DNA from: a virus
Taxonomy: Duplodnaviria > Heunggongvirae > Uroviricota > Caudoviricetes
Virus record (IMG/VR): IMGVR_UViG_3300048090_000069
Coordinates: 25,652 to 89,651 of that record
DNA: 64,000 bases
Direction: 5' to 3' (one strand)
Every line of letters starts with the position of its first letter. The stretch's first letter is position 1. The position numbers were made by a program, and so were the translations under genes. The notes below the pieces were generated by a model. It was not told where the DNA came from. It did no database searches and was given only the letters and a program-made list of their open reading frames with translations. Shown in pieces: positions 56,524-64,000 of the stretch.

Positions 56524-56717
56524 TGCCGACTAATCGAAAGCCACATATCCGTAAGCGTGGTGGCATGTGGTATTGCTCATTGGAATTCAATAGTAGGCTT
56601 GGCTGTGGGAGAACACCACTTGAAGCTTACAAGGATTATAAATATCAGAGTAAGCATGGGGTGGATGGAGTGAGATTGTATGGGGAGCCTCTGGCAAGAT
56701 ATTGGAGAGTTACATGA
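56520..56717 (+). CDS. hypothetical protein
   Basis: 65-aa ORF with ATGA overlap. Confidence 0.4.
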   Translation: MMPTNRKPHIRKRGGMWYCSLEFNSRLGCGRTPLEAYKDYKYQSKHGVDGVRLYGEPLARYWRVT

Positions 56718-57112
56718 AAATCGAAGTCATCTCTGGCACAGCAATGCTCACCCTGTGCCATAAAGAAAAAGAAATTGTAAACATTTCTAAAGAACATAAA
56801 TCCTTGCAATTCACCCACGTTGAGCACAATGGACAACATCTCTTTTTTGAAGGGGATATTGTTATTCCGAGTGCAGAAAACCATGTTGTGATTGTAACGA
56901 AGAATGCTGACTTCACAGAAGGACGCGGGCCTATGAATTTCCACAAAGTATTCTGGTACCTTTCTGATGCAATTGACTACATCATGACTCAGGCAGGTAT
57001 CTATGGCAGCACACAAGGTGCTAGCAATTATGCTGGTGTGTCGATACATGGCAAGCCTTACTGTGTGTCTGGTTTCAATGGCTATGATGTTAAAATTGTT
57101 GAGGTGGAGTGA
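56714..57112 (+). CDS. hypothetical protein
   Basis: ORF starting MKIEVISGT. Confidence 0.45.
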   Translation: MKIEVISGTAMLTLCHKEKEIVNISKEHKSLQFTHVEHNGQHLFFEGDIVIPSAENHVVIVTKNADFTEGRGPMNFHKVFWYLSDAIDYIMTQAGIYGSTQGASNYAGVSIHGKPYCVSGFNGYDVKIVEVE

Positions 57113-57436
57113 ATGAAATTAAAATGGAAAGTGGCAGAAGCCCCTACAGGCCGCTATCAAAGCTTTCAGAAGCGGGGATGGCCTAGTGCTCATTATGTTG
57201 ATAATGGAGACAATGTTGCTGTTGCCATTTATTGCGAGGATGATTATAGACCAGCAGATGTCAAGACGGGCAAGCATAAAGAATTAACAGTGTGTATTGC
57301 TGATTGGTCTGTAGAACATGCTTTCAAATGGCGTACATTGAAACAAAGATTTGCCACGCTGCAAGAGGCTAAAGAATCTGTTACAAAGTTTCTTGAAGCC
57401 AATCCTAAATATTGGCCTGAGAGCAACAATAAATGA
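57113..57436 (+). CDS. hypothetical protein
   Basis: 107-aa ORF. Confidence 0.45.
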   Translation: MKLKWKVAEAPTGRYQSFQKRGWPSAHYVDNGDNVAVAIYCEDDYRPADVKTGKHKELTVCIADWSVEHAFKWRTLKQRFATLQEAKESVTKFLEANPKYWPESNNK

Positions 57437-57609
57437 TTATTCAAAATTCCCTATGTATTGCTGCAAAAGACATTCTCTCTGTCTGTATGGATGGACTTAA
57501 AATGTACATCTATTCTCGTGTCCCTGATGTTTTCTGGTCAATCACTTTCACAGATGAGGAAGAGATGAAAAAGATGTTTAATGAAATTGCTAAGAGGCTG
57601 GAGGATTAA

Positions 57610-57993
57610 ATGAAAATTTCAGAAATTCTTATTGCTGCACGAGCTAAAATTGCAGATGAAGCTGCTTGGACTCAGGGTGAGTTTACGCGAGATGCTAAAG
57701 GCTATGCTGCTTGGAATTATCGTGAAGCTTGTTCCTTTTGTTCTCTCGGTGCTATTCAAGTGGTGGCCCCTCCAAGTGTCATTGCTTGGGATGTTAACAG
57801 CATCGGCCCTAGTGGCCCTATTCAATATTTGGTCGAGGCTATACCACAAGAATTCATAGAGGATATCAGGGTGCGTGACGAGACAGATTTTTTACATGGC
57901 TTCGTTGCACAATACAACGACAAACATACACATAAAGATGTTCTTGCCATGTATGATAGGGCTATTGAGGCGGCTCTGGAGGATGAACAATGA
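57610..57993 (+). CDS. conserved phage protein (ARM/WxG...EAC.FC..GA type family)
   Basis: MKISEILIAARAKIADEAAWTQGEFTRDAKG...EACSFCSLGA resembles a widespread unnamed phage/prophage family. Confidence 0.45.
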   Translation: MKISEILIAARAKIADEAAWTQGEFTRDAKGYAAWNYREACSFCSLGAIQVVAPPSVIAWDVNSIGPSGPIQYLVEAIPQEFIEDIRVRDETDFLHGFVAQYNDKHTHKDVLAMYDRAIEAALEDEQ

Positions 57994-58235
57994 AAACCTT
58001 TGAGGAACGTCTGTGCGAATATGCAGACGGCAATTATGATTGTGCTCTATATAAAGATATTAGAAATCTTGAAGGATATAATAAAATATTTCTTCCGATG
58101 AAGAAGATTGAGGAACAGCTTATTGAGCGTGATAAGAAGCTTGTGGAGGCTTTGAGAAGTATATACACATTGTGTGATGGATTGCCGTCTAAGTGGGCTA
58201 AAGAAGCTCTTGAAAGCATCGGGGAGGATGTATGA
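57990..58235 (+). CDS. hypothetical protein
   Basis: 81-aa ORF. Confidence 0.4.
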   Translation: MKTFEERLCEYADGNYDCALYKDIRNLEGYNKIFLPMKKIEEQLIERDKKLVEALRSIYTLCDGLPSKWAKEALESIGEDV

Positions 58236-58429
58236 GAATTACCATCAGCGATGAGGAATTCAAAGAGAAAGCTATTCAATTGCTTCAGGGGCTTAAAAGG
58301 GATTTGATGTATGCTCGGAGGTTTAGTCCTGATACGCTAGACACATATCGTCGTGCTTGCACATCGGCAGAGTGTGACATTGAAGAATTCTTGAAAGAAG
58401 CTACACGAATTCACTTCGGAGTGGTATAA
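58232..58429 (+). CDS. hypothetical protein
   Basis: 65-aa ORF. Confidence 0.4.
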   Translation: MRITISDEEFKEKAIQLLQGLKRDLMYARRFSPDTLDTYRRACTSAECDIEEFLKEATRIHFGVV

Positions 58430-58431
58430 CA

Positions 58432-58647
58432 ATGAAAACTCTCTTTGTTGTACTAGCAGCAGCATTCGCTCTGTGTGGCTGTAAGCCACATATGAGCTAT
58501 GAGAAAGTGATGGAGGCTGAAATGTATTGTGTGCATAATGGTCTTACACCGCTTCGTGCTACATATGGTAAGATGGTGACAGAAGTTTATTGTATGGATA
58601 AGAATGGGAATGCTTTCACTGTTCCTGTAGAGGAGATTAAAAAATGA
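58432..58647 (+). CDS. small lipoprotein
   Basis: Signal peptide with lipobox (ALCGC). Confidence 0.45.
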   Translation: MKTLFVVLAAAFALCGCKPHMSYEKVMEAEMYCVHNGLTPLRATYGKMVTEVYCMDKNGNAFTVPVEEIKK

Positions 58648-58982
58648 ATGTACGTCATAAGTGGGCTGATGTAATTATTGCTATGGCAGAGGGGAAGCCT
58701 GTGCAACGCCGAGAGGTGAAAACTACTACGTGGTATGATTATAATGCATTTGATCACTATTCCCCGTTGGAAGGTGATGAGACTATTGAATGGCAAATCA
58801 AGCCTAAAGAGCCTGTGAAGAAATACAAAGTGGCTTTTGCCTGCTTTGATGGAGGTCATTCTATAGAAACTATTTCCAACAGCCATTATGAAACTGTTGA
58901 AGAGTTTAAAGAACTTCACCATAGCTATAAAATACAATGGGCTGTCCTGCTGGAGCCTACGATGAAGGAGTTTGAAGAATGA
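58644..58982 (+). CDS. hypothetical protein
   Basis: 112-aa ORF. Confidence 0.45.
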   Translation: MNVRHKWADVIIAMAEGKPVQRREVKTTTWYDYNAFDHYSPLEGDETIEWQIKPKEPVKKYKVAFACFDGGHSIETISNSHYETVEEFKELHHSYKIQWAVLLEPTMKEFEE

Positions 58983-59387
58983 ACCAGACAAGAACTTTCT
59001 GGTTTGTAACAAATGTACTCTGCGCTGTGTGTATGTTGTGCTCTGGGGAATGGGTAGGTATTCTGAATGTATGCGCAGCTACATTGTTGTTTGCTGGTTG
59101 GCTTGATGGGGTGACTTGATGGCAATATACTACACTACCGAACAGAGAGCTTTACAGGACGTTATAGAATGCCCTATAGAGCGTGCTAGACAGGCCGCTA
59201 TTCAACGATTCATTGATTGTAATGGGAATGTACCCTACACTGTGACAAGCAGACGTAGGATGGGGCATGTTGTGTTTGTTGTGAGAGGTGAGTAATAACT
59301 ATGAGAGATGTGAAGCCAATCGCAAGGCGTACTGCTAAAGCTTTAAGGGAAGTATGGGAATTTCTTGATCCGACAGGTAACTAAACA

Positions 59388-59606
59388 ATGAAGACAATAA
59401 TCCACGTCAATCAACATATCATCAAGTCTAACAGGATTAATGGGGAGAATAATCCTACATTGACAGTGAAGACATACAAGAGTAACACGTATGCTCACGA
59501 AGTGGAGATTGATGGCCCATGTAAAATTATTTATAATTCTGAAAAACCATTAAGTTGTGGGGCAAGAGTTTGGATTGAGACAGAGGCAAACGTAATTTGT
59601 AAATGA
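59388..59606 (+). CDS. hypothetical protein
   Basis: 72-aa ORF. A 10-bp inverted repeat (GCAAACGTAA/TTACGTTTGC) follows. Confidence 0.4.
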   Translation: MKTIIHVNQHIIKSNRINGENNPTLTVKTYKSNTYAHEVEIDGPCKIIYNSEKPLSCGARVWIETEANVICK

Positions 59607-60107
59607 AAAACTATTTACGTTTGCAAATGAGAATTGGATTTTTGATTTCAAGAATTTTCCCCATTCCTGCCGAAAAATTCCCTTGCTTCTAAGGGAACCC
59701 CTCCACCCCTCTCCTGCCTAATAATGTGGCATTTCAGGAATGAACTAAAAGGTTTACTCCTGAAAGATTCATCTTTAAAAGATTCATCTTTATAAGATTC
59801 ATATGTGGACAGTTCCATTATGAATGATTCCATTTGAAGCTTTCCGATCCTGTCTCTCTAGCTGTCTATTTGTACAGCCTGTCTAGCTTGTCCTATTCTC
59901 CCCTTATTCCGAAGTGTTGCCTAGGTGTATTGTTAATACCCTGATAAGGTATGGACAATCCCCTTAGCATAGTTTTGTCTGTTTTCTTTATTTGTAAGCT
60001 TCTTTGTTTATTTATTTCTCTATGACATTCTTTGTCATACATAGCTGGCACGCTATTTGCGTTATCAAAATCTATGCCAAGGGGAGAAAGAGTTATCATT
60101 CTGTCAC

Positions 60108-60170
60108 TCATATACAAGAGTAGTCTTTGGTCTTATATAAGAGTAGTGGCAGGTCTTATACAAGACTTAA
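60108..60170. repeat. three direct repeats TATA(C/T)AAGAGTAGT / TCTTATACAAGACT (iteron-like)
   Basis: Visible tandem repeats within the 1.3-kb non-coding region. Confidence 0.5.
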
Positions 60171-60309
60171 CCCATTGATTCGTAATGATTTTATGCTTGC
60201 ATCGCTGTCGCTAATCCTGTGGATAACCATAAAATTTCATGTAAATTTACATGAGACATACAGAGGCATTTACATAAAACGTTCAAAAACACTCATTTTT
60301 CCTCTGAAG

Positions 60310-60368
60310 TTATCCACACAGGCATCCAATAGGAAGCGTTTTAAGGGGGATACAGGCGGTTATCCACA
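60310..60368 (+). promoter_or_regulatory. two perfect DnaA boxes (TTATCCACA) 50 bp apart, same orientation
   Basis: TTATCCACA at 60310-60318 and 60360-60368. This is the exact E. coli-type consensus 9-mer. Confidence 0.55.
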
Positions 60369-60747
60369 GCAGGGTATGGCACGGTATCAACCATACCTAA
60401 AAAATGGCTCTACGGCGTTTTACTGTATAAAAACACAGCGTTAATAAATCAGGCTGGCACGGATATTGCTACGCGTGCGGGCGCGCTGTCTTGTACAGGC
60501 AAGGCGCGAGGGACAAAGAGAGACACAATAAAAATAATTTGAAAATTTCTTGTGTAGGGTATTGCGCATAACAGTATTACAGGTTAATATTCGTCCTGTA
60601 GTAGATGTTTTGTAGTGCGGGGCAGAAGAAACCCCAAGGTTACGAGTAGAAGTAGAGTAGACATGGCGCTAATGTTGTTTGTTACCAGCCCTAAATCCTC
60701 CTTCTACCTAACTGAGCAAAAACCGCTTTGATCCTTTAGTAGCCCTG

Positions 60748-60873
60748 TCGGGATGACAGTACAAACAAGGGGAGCGCCAAACGTCTAAGATGCTAGACGG
60801 AAAAAACACTACTTGGGAAAACGTCTAATGTCGGGATGACATAAGCGCCCACTACACTAGCCATTCGGGATGA
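60748..60873. repeat. repeats TCGGGATGA (x3) and AACGTCTAA (x2)
   Basis: TCGGGATGA at 60748, 60831 and 60865. ACGTCTAA at 60781 and 60821. Confidence 0.45.
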
Positions 60874-60951
60874 ATCGCTAGCAGGGAATAAACCTAGGGA
60901 ACATTTGAACGTGAGTGTTCCCGAATTTATTAACCTGAAGGAGAAACAGAA

Positions 60952-61161
60952 ATGAAACTGTATGACAACAAAACCGGAAAAGAGTTTAAAGCTGGCGATA
61001 AGATTATTTGCTTCCGTGGCGAAGAGTATGTTATCACTTCCTTTCAACCTCCTAAACATTCTGGCTCTACAGGCCGGGTTTATGTAAAACCTGAAGGGGC
61101 AGACGGCGATAGATATTCGCAAGGATATTACCCTAGCGTATTTGACGCTGAATACAAATAA
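60952..61161 (+). CDS. hypothetical protein
   Basis: RBS GAAGGAGAAACAGAA. The upstream element CGAATTTATT...GGAGAAACA is repeated before the next small ORF (61220..61390). Confidence 0.4.
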   Translation: MKLYDNKTGKEFKAGDKIICFRGEEYVITSFQPPKHSGSTGRVYVKPEGADGDRYSQGYYPSVFDAEYK

Positions 61162-61386
61162 CATTTGAGAATTGGAACGTTAGTTCTCTCGAATTTATTT
61201 CACTGAAAGGAGAAACAAAATGAAACGTTTTGAAATTACACAAGGAACCGTCTTTATCGGCTCTTTGGTAGCTGAAAACGAACAAGCTGCAATTGTTCAG
61301 GCTAAAGACGATTTCGCTTACATCATTGAGGCATTGCACTTAGACGGCAATCCTCCTTTGGTTGCTACGGAAAAGGAGAAAACAAA

Positions 61387-61572
61387 ATGAAAACTTATCT
61401 TTTCATTGTAACTAGTAAAGCAACGGGATGCCGTTATGGTTTACCTGTATGGGCATCTTGCTTCGGGGAAGCTTGTAACGCACTCATTAGTGCTTACCCT
61501 AAGTCCCAATATAAATGGGAATTTGAACGCGAGAGTGACGATAGGTTTTTCACTGGCATTTCTTGCGATTAA
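61387..61572 (+). CDS. hypothetical protein
   Basis: RBS AAGGAGAAAACAAA. Confidence 0.35.
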   Translation: MKTYLFIVTSKATGCRYGLPVWASCFGEACNALISAYPKSQYKWEFERESDDRFFTGISCD

Positions 61573-61638
61573 CATTTCAGGCCATAGCGCATTTCAACGT
61601 GCGCTATTACATGCAATGTTTTTAAAGGAGAGTAACAA

Positions 61639-61803
61639 ATGAAAACAAAACTGAATTCACAAAAGAAAACTCAAATTGAGCAAGCGCGTATCATCAAGCG
61701 CACTCTTGGCATTAAATGCGCTGCCCGTTATCTGGCAATTCGCAATTGGTCGCTTGATGCAGCGCTGTATGTTTTGCTTGGCACTACCGAACGTTCTTTC
61801 TAA
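61639..61803 (+). CDS. small basic protein, possible DNA-binding
   Basis: 54 aa starting MKTKLNSQKK...AARYLAIRNW. RBS AAAGGAGAGTAACAA. The ORF-track frame covering 61676..61897 looks spurious. Confidence 0.35.
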   Translation: MKTKLNSQKKTQIEQARIIKRTLGIKCAARYLAIRNWSLDAALYVLLGTTERSF

Positions 61804-61833
61804 TTCATTTCAATCAATTCAAAGGGGAATAAC

Positions 61834-62814
61834 ATGGCTCATCAAATTACTATCCGCGAAAACAATTTTGCTGAAATGGCTTATGTCGGCGATGTAGCAT
61901 GGCATGGCTTAGGGCAACGTCTTGAAGAAAACGCCACTATCGAGCAATGGCAAGTGGCGGCAGGCATGGATTGGAAAATCAATCAATCCCCGGTTCAATT
62001 CACCACAGACGACATGATGCACATTGGCCTGATGGATGATAAGCGCGTGCTGTATCGTTCGGATACTAAGGCAGCTTTGGGCATTGTGTCGAATCGCTAT
62101 CAAGTGGTGCAACCACATGATGTGCTGGAGTTCTTCCGTGACCTTGTAGCGGGGAATGACTTCAAGCTGCATACGGCAGGTACACTCTTTGGCGGCGCTC
62201 GCATGTGGGCATTGGCAAGCATCGGGGAATCAGCTAACATTGTCGGCCGTGATGAAGTGGGAGGATATCTGCTGCTGTCTACATCGGCTGATGGCACTCT
62301 GGCAACAGAAGCACGTTTCACCACTGTGCGAGTGGTTTGCAATAACACTCTGTCAATGGCTCTGAAAGCCAAAGATAACAACATTGTTCGCCTGTCCCAT
62401 AAAACGAAATTCGACGGGCAAGGCATGAAAGATAAACTTGGCATTGCTACGGGGCAATTCGCTCAATTCATCGGTGCAGCAAAGGCATTGAGCAATGTAA
62501 CGATGCAAGATAATAAGGCTAAAGAATTCTTGCAATCGCTGCTGTTCAAACCTGAAATTATCGAAATTGAGGATCAATCAACACAAGTGAAAAACAAAAT
62601 CGCGGATATCCTGTCGCTTTATCAAGGCCGGGGAATGGGCAGCGATATGCCCGGTGTACGTGGTACGGCATGGGGACTTGTGAATGCTGTAACCGAATGG
62701 GAAGATCATCACAATAAGGCCCGTACAGCAGATGCAAAGCTTGATAGTGCATTCTTTGGTAAAGGTGATGAGATTAAGAGTGCGGCAATGTTTAAAGCGC
62801 TGGAATTGGTGTAA
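61834..62814 (+). CDS. DUF932-like phage/plasmid protein
   Basis: 326 aa with N-terminus MAHQITIRENNFAEMAYVGDVAWHGLG. This resembles the DUF932 family found in ICE/plasmid leading regions. Confidence 0.5.
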   Translation: MAHQITIRENNFAEMAYVGDVAWHGLGQRLEENATIEQWQVAAGMDWKINQSPVQFTTDDMMHIGLMDDKRVLYRSDTKAALGIVSNRYQVVQPHDVLEFFRDLVAGNDFKLHTAGTLFGGARMWALASIGESANIVGRDEVGGYLLLSTSADGTLATEARFTTVRVVCNNTLSMALKAKDNNIVRLSHKTKFDGQGMKDKLGIATGQFAQFIGAAKALSNVTMQDNKAKEFLQSLLFKPEIIEIEDQSTQVKNKIADILSLYQGRGMGSDMPGVRGTAWGLVNAVTEWEDHHNKARTADAKLDSAFFGKGDEIKSAAMFKALELV

Positions 62815-62825
62815 GGGGGGCAATC

Positions 62826-63011
62826 GTGATTACATTAACTCACTACGGCATGACATTGGAAGAAGCGGCGTATAAGATGGGCAAGCATGTTTCCTGCCTT
62901 GATAAGAAAGCTCCTCGTCCTTTGTGTGGTAATGGTTCATATCATGCAATGACTACTCGCAATATTAAAGAGGTTAATTGCCCTATCTGCCTTGAGAAAT
63001 TGCGAAAATAA
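62826..63011 (+). CDS. Zn-ribbon protein (GTG start)
   Basis: Carries CGNGSYH...CPIC. Confidence 0.4.
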   Translation: MITLTHYGMTLEEAAYKMGKHVSCLDKKAPRPLCGNGSYHAMTTRNIKEVNCPICLEKLRK

Positions 63012-63070
63012 AGCATTAGCCAATGCCTCTTTAAGTAGGGGCATTAACGAATGTTTTAAAAGGAGGCAAT

Positions 63071-63379
63071 ATGCAATTGATTAATAAGCATGGCTTGCCT
63101 GTAGGTATTAGTTTCCGCAGGCATAAGCAAAACCCGCATAGCTATGTTTTCCGTGTTGCCCTTGCCTGTGGCAAGACAACAGACATAGGAGCCGATGCAA
63201 ACCATTTTGAGGATTGCTATCGCAAGGCTGTAGACAGGCGCATAGATGCCCTTGACACTGATACACCAGACGGGGACAGAAAAGCGCTTTACGGGGCTGT
63301 AGACGCGTTTAAGCGGTATTACGAGATTGAGCTAGAGTGCGTCGAATGCTGGAAATTTAAGGAAAGGAATAAATCATGA
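63071..63379 (+). CDS. hypothetical protein
   Basis: 102-aa ORF. RBS AAGGAGG. Confidence 0.45.
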   Translation: MQLINKHGLPVGISFRRHKQNPHSYVFRVALACGKTTDIGADANHFEDCYRKAVDRRIDALDTDTPDGDRKALYGAVDAFKRYYEIELECVECWKFKERNKS

Positions 63380-63678
63380 ATATCACTGTAAGAACTAACA
63401 ATGTCCCTCGTGACATTATCGACGCATACCAATTGACGCCTAAAGAACGGGAAGAGTTTGACTACCTTAATTGGGATGCAATCGAACAGGGAAACGATAG
63501 TGCATCGTTCTTTCGGTATAAAGGGCAGATTTACCACTTAAGCGAATTTATGCGTTTAGACAGCAATACTGAGCTTAAAGGATGGGACGGTTATTTTAAC
63601 GATACATATTTTTCTGGCGTATTGGTCAAGTATGTAAACGAAGGCGAACAATTGGTTGTAGCTCAATACTTTAGTTAA
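63376..63678 (+). CDS. hypothetical protein
   Basis: 100-aa ORF with ATGA overlap. Confidence 0.45.
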   Translation: MNITVRTNNVPRDIIDAYQLTPKEREEFDYLNWDAIEQGNDSASFFRYKGQIYHLSEFMRLDSNTELKGWDGYFNDTYFSGVLVKYVNEGEQLVVAQYFS

Positions 63679-63687
63679 GGAATAATC

Positions 63688-63906
63688 ATGATGATGAAAA
63701 CAAGTGAAAAGAGAATCATTGCAAACCATTTAGACGCAATAGCCTTAGGACAGTATTTCCTCATGTCCGCCATCGTTGAAGCCGAAAGCATTAAATGGCT
63801 GTCTGTGGACGATAAGGCCGTGTTACGGCGCTATAGGAATGGGAATAATAGCGGAATGGATCATATTCAATTACAGGCTGTGGCAATTAAGATTAGGGGA
63901 AATTAA
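63688..63906 (+). CDS. hypothetical protein
   Basis: 72-aa ORF. Confidence 0.4.
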   Translation: MMMKTSEKRIIANHLDAIALGQYFLMSAIVEAESIKWLSVDDKAVLRRYRNGNNSGMDHIQLQAVAIKIRGN

Positions 63907-63908
63907 CC

Positions 63909-64000
63909 ATGAGCTATCAACGTGTTATTCCGCGTGACTTATTCAACGAAGCTAATTTGTTGAAATGTCTTGGCAAGGTTTATTTAAATCTTGAGAATTT
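63909..64000 (+). CDS. partial ORF running off window end
   Basis: Starts MSYQRVIPRDLF. Confidence 0.3.
   Translation, partial: MSYQRVIPRDLFNEANLLKCLGKVYLNLEN

Noticed and set aside
60127-60444. 105-aa plus-strand ORF in the DnaA-box region
   Set aside because: It has no RBS and overlaps iterons and DnaA boxes. Its composition is not protein-like.
1-64000. CRISPR arrays, integrase/attachment sites, transposase/IS elements
   Set aside because: No spacer-repeat periodicity, tyrosine/serine recombinase or transposase-like ORF was seen in the window.

Overview
The window is a contiguous piece of a tailed dsDNA phage genome (about 42% GC) with three transcriptional blocks. No host chromosome, CRISPR array or transposon is visible.

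(1) Plus strand, 1-11.3 kb: the end of the virion and lysis module. It holds a 1999-aa tape measure protein followed by an intrinsic terminator, tail and tail-fiber-like genes including a Gly-rich fiber, an NlpC/P60 (LRAT-type) peptidase, a spanin-like protein, an M15 peptidase endolysin and a holin-like protein.

(2) Minus strand, 11.4-43.9 kb: a long DNA-metabolism, replication and host-takeover operon set.
- Replisome: a T7-like set of gp2.5-like SSB with a C-terminal Phe, gp4-like primase-helicase, family-A DNA polymerase and gp6-like exonuclease.
- Nucleotide metabolism: class I ribonucleotide reductase NrdA/NrdB, ThyX and MazG.
- Other enzymes: a lambda-type PPP phosphatase, an HTH-calcineurin-like phosphoesterase and two HNH endonucleases, one carrying an AP2 domain.
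- RNA genes: a tRNA-Met and an adjacent non-canonical tRNA-like gene.
- Candidate anti-defence and accessory genes: an adjacent Prs-like/Nampt-like pair (candidate NAD+ reconstitution pathway), two divergent Pol-beta-type nucleotidyltransferases, an SPFH/band-7 lipoprotein, a SleB-like cell-wall hydrolase and a pectate-lyase-fold beta-helix (depolymerase-like) protein.

(3) Plus strand, 43.97-64 kb: an early region of more than 50 small genes in repeated sigma70-promoter/terminator units. It includes an RMF (ribosome modulation factor)-like protein, a PTH2-like protein, a DUF932-like protein, lipoproteins, Zn-ribbon mini-proteins and two long non-coding regions. One is driven by a consensus promoter; the other carries two perfect DnaA boxes plus iterons.

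All calls are from reading the sequence and ORF translations by eye. No database searches were run.
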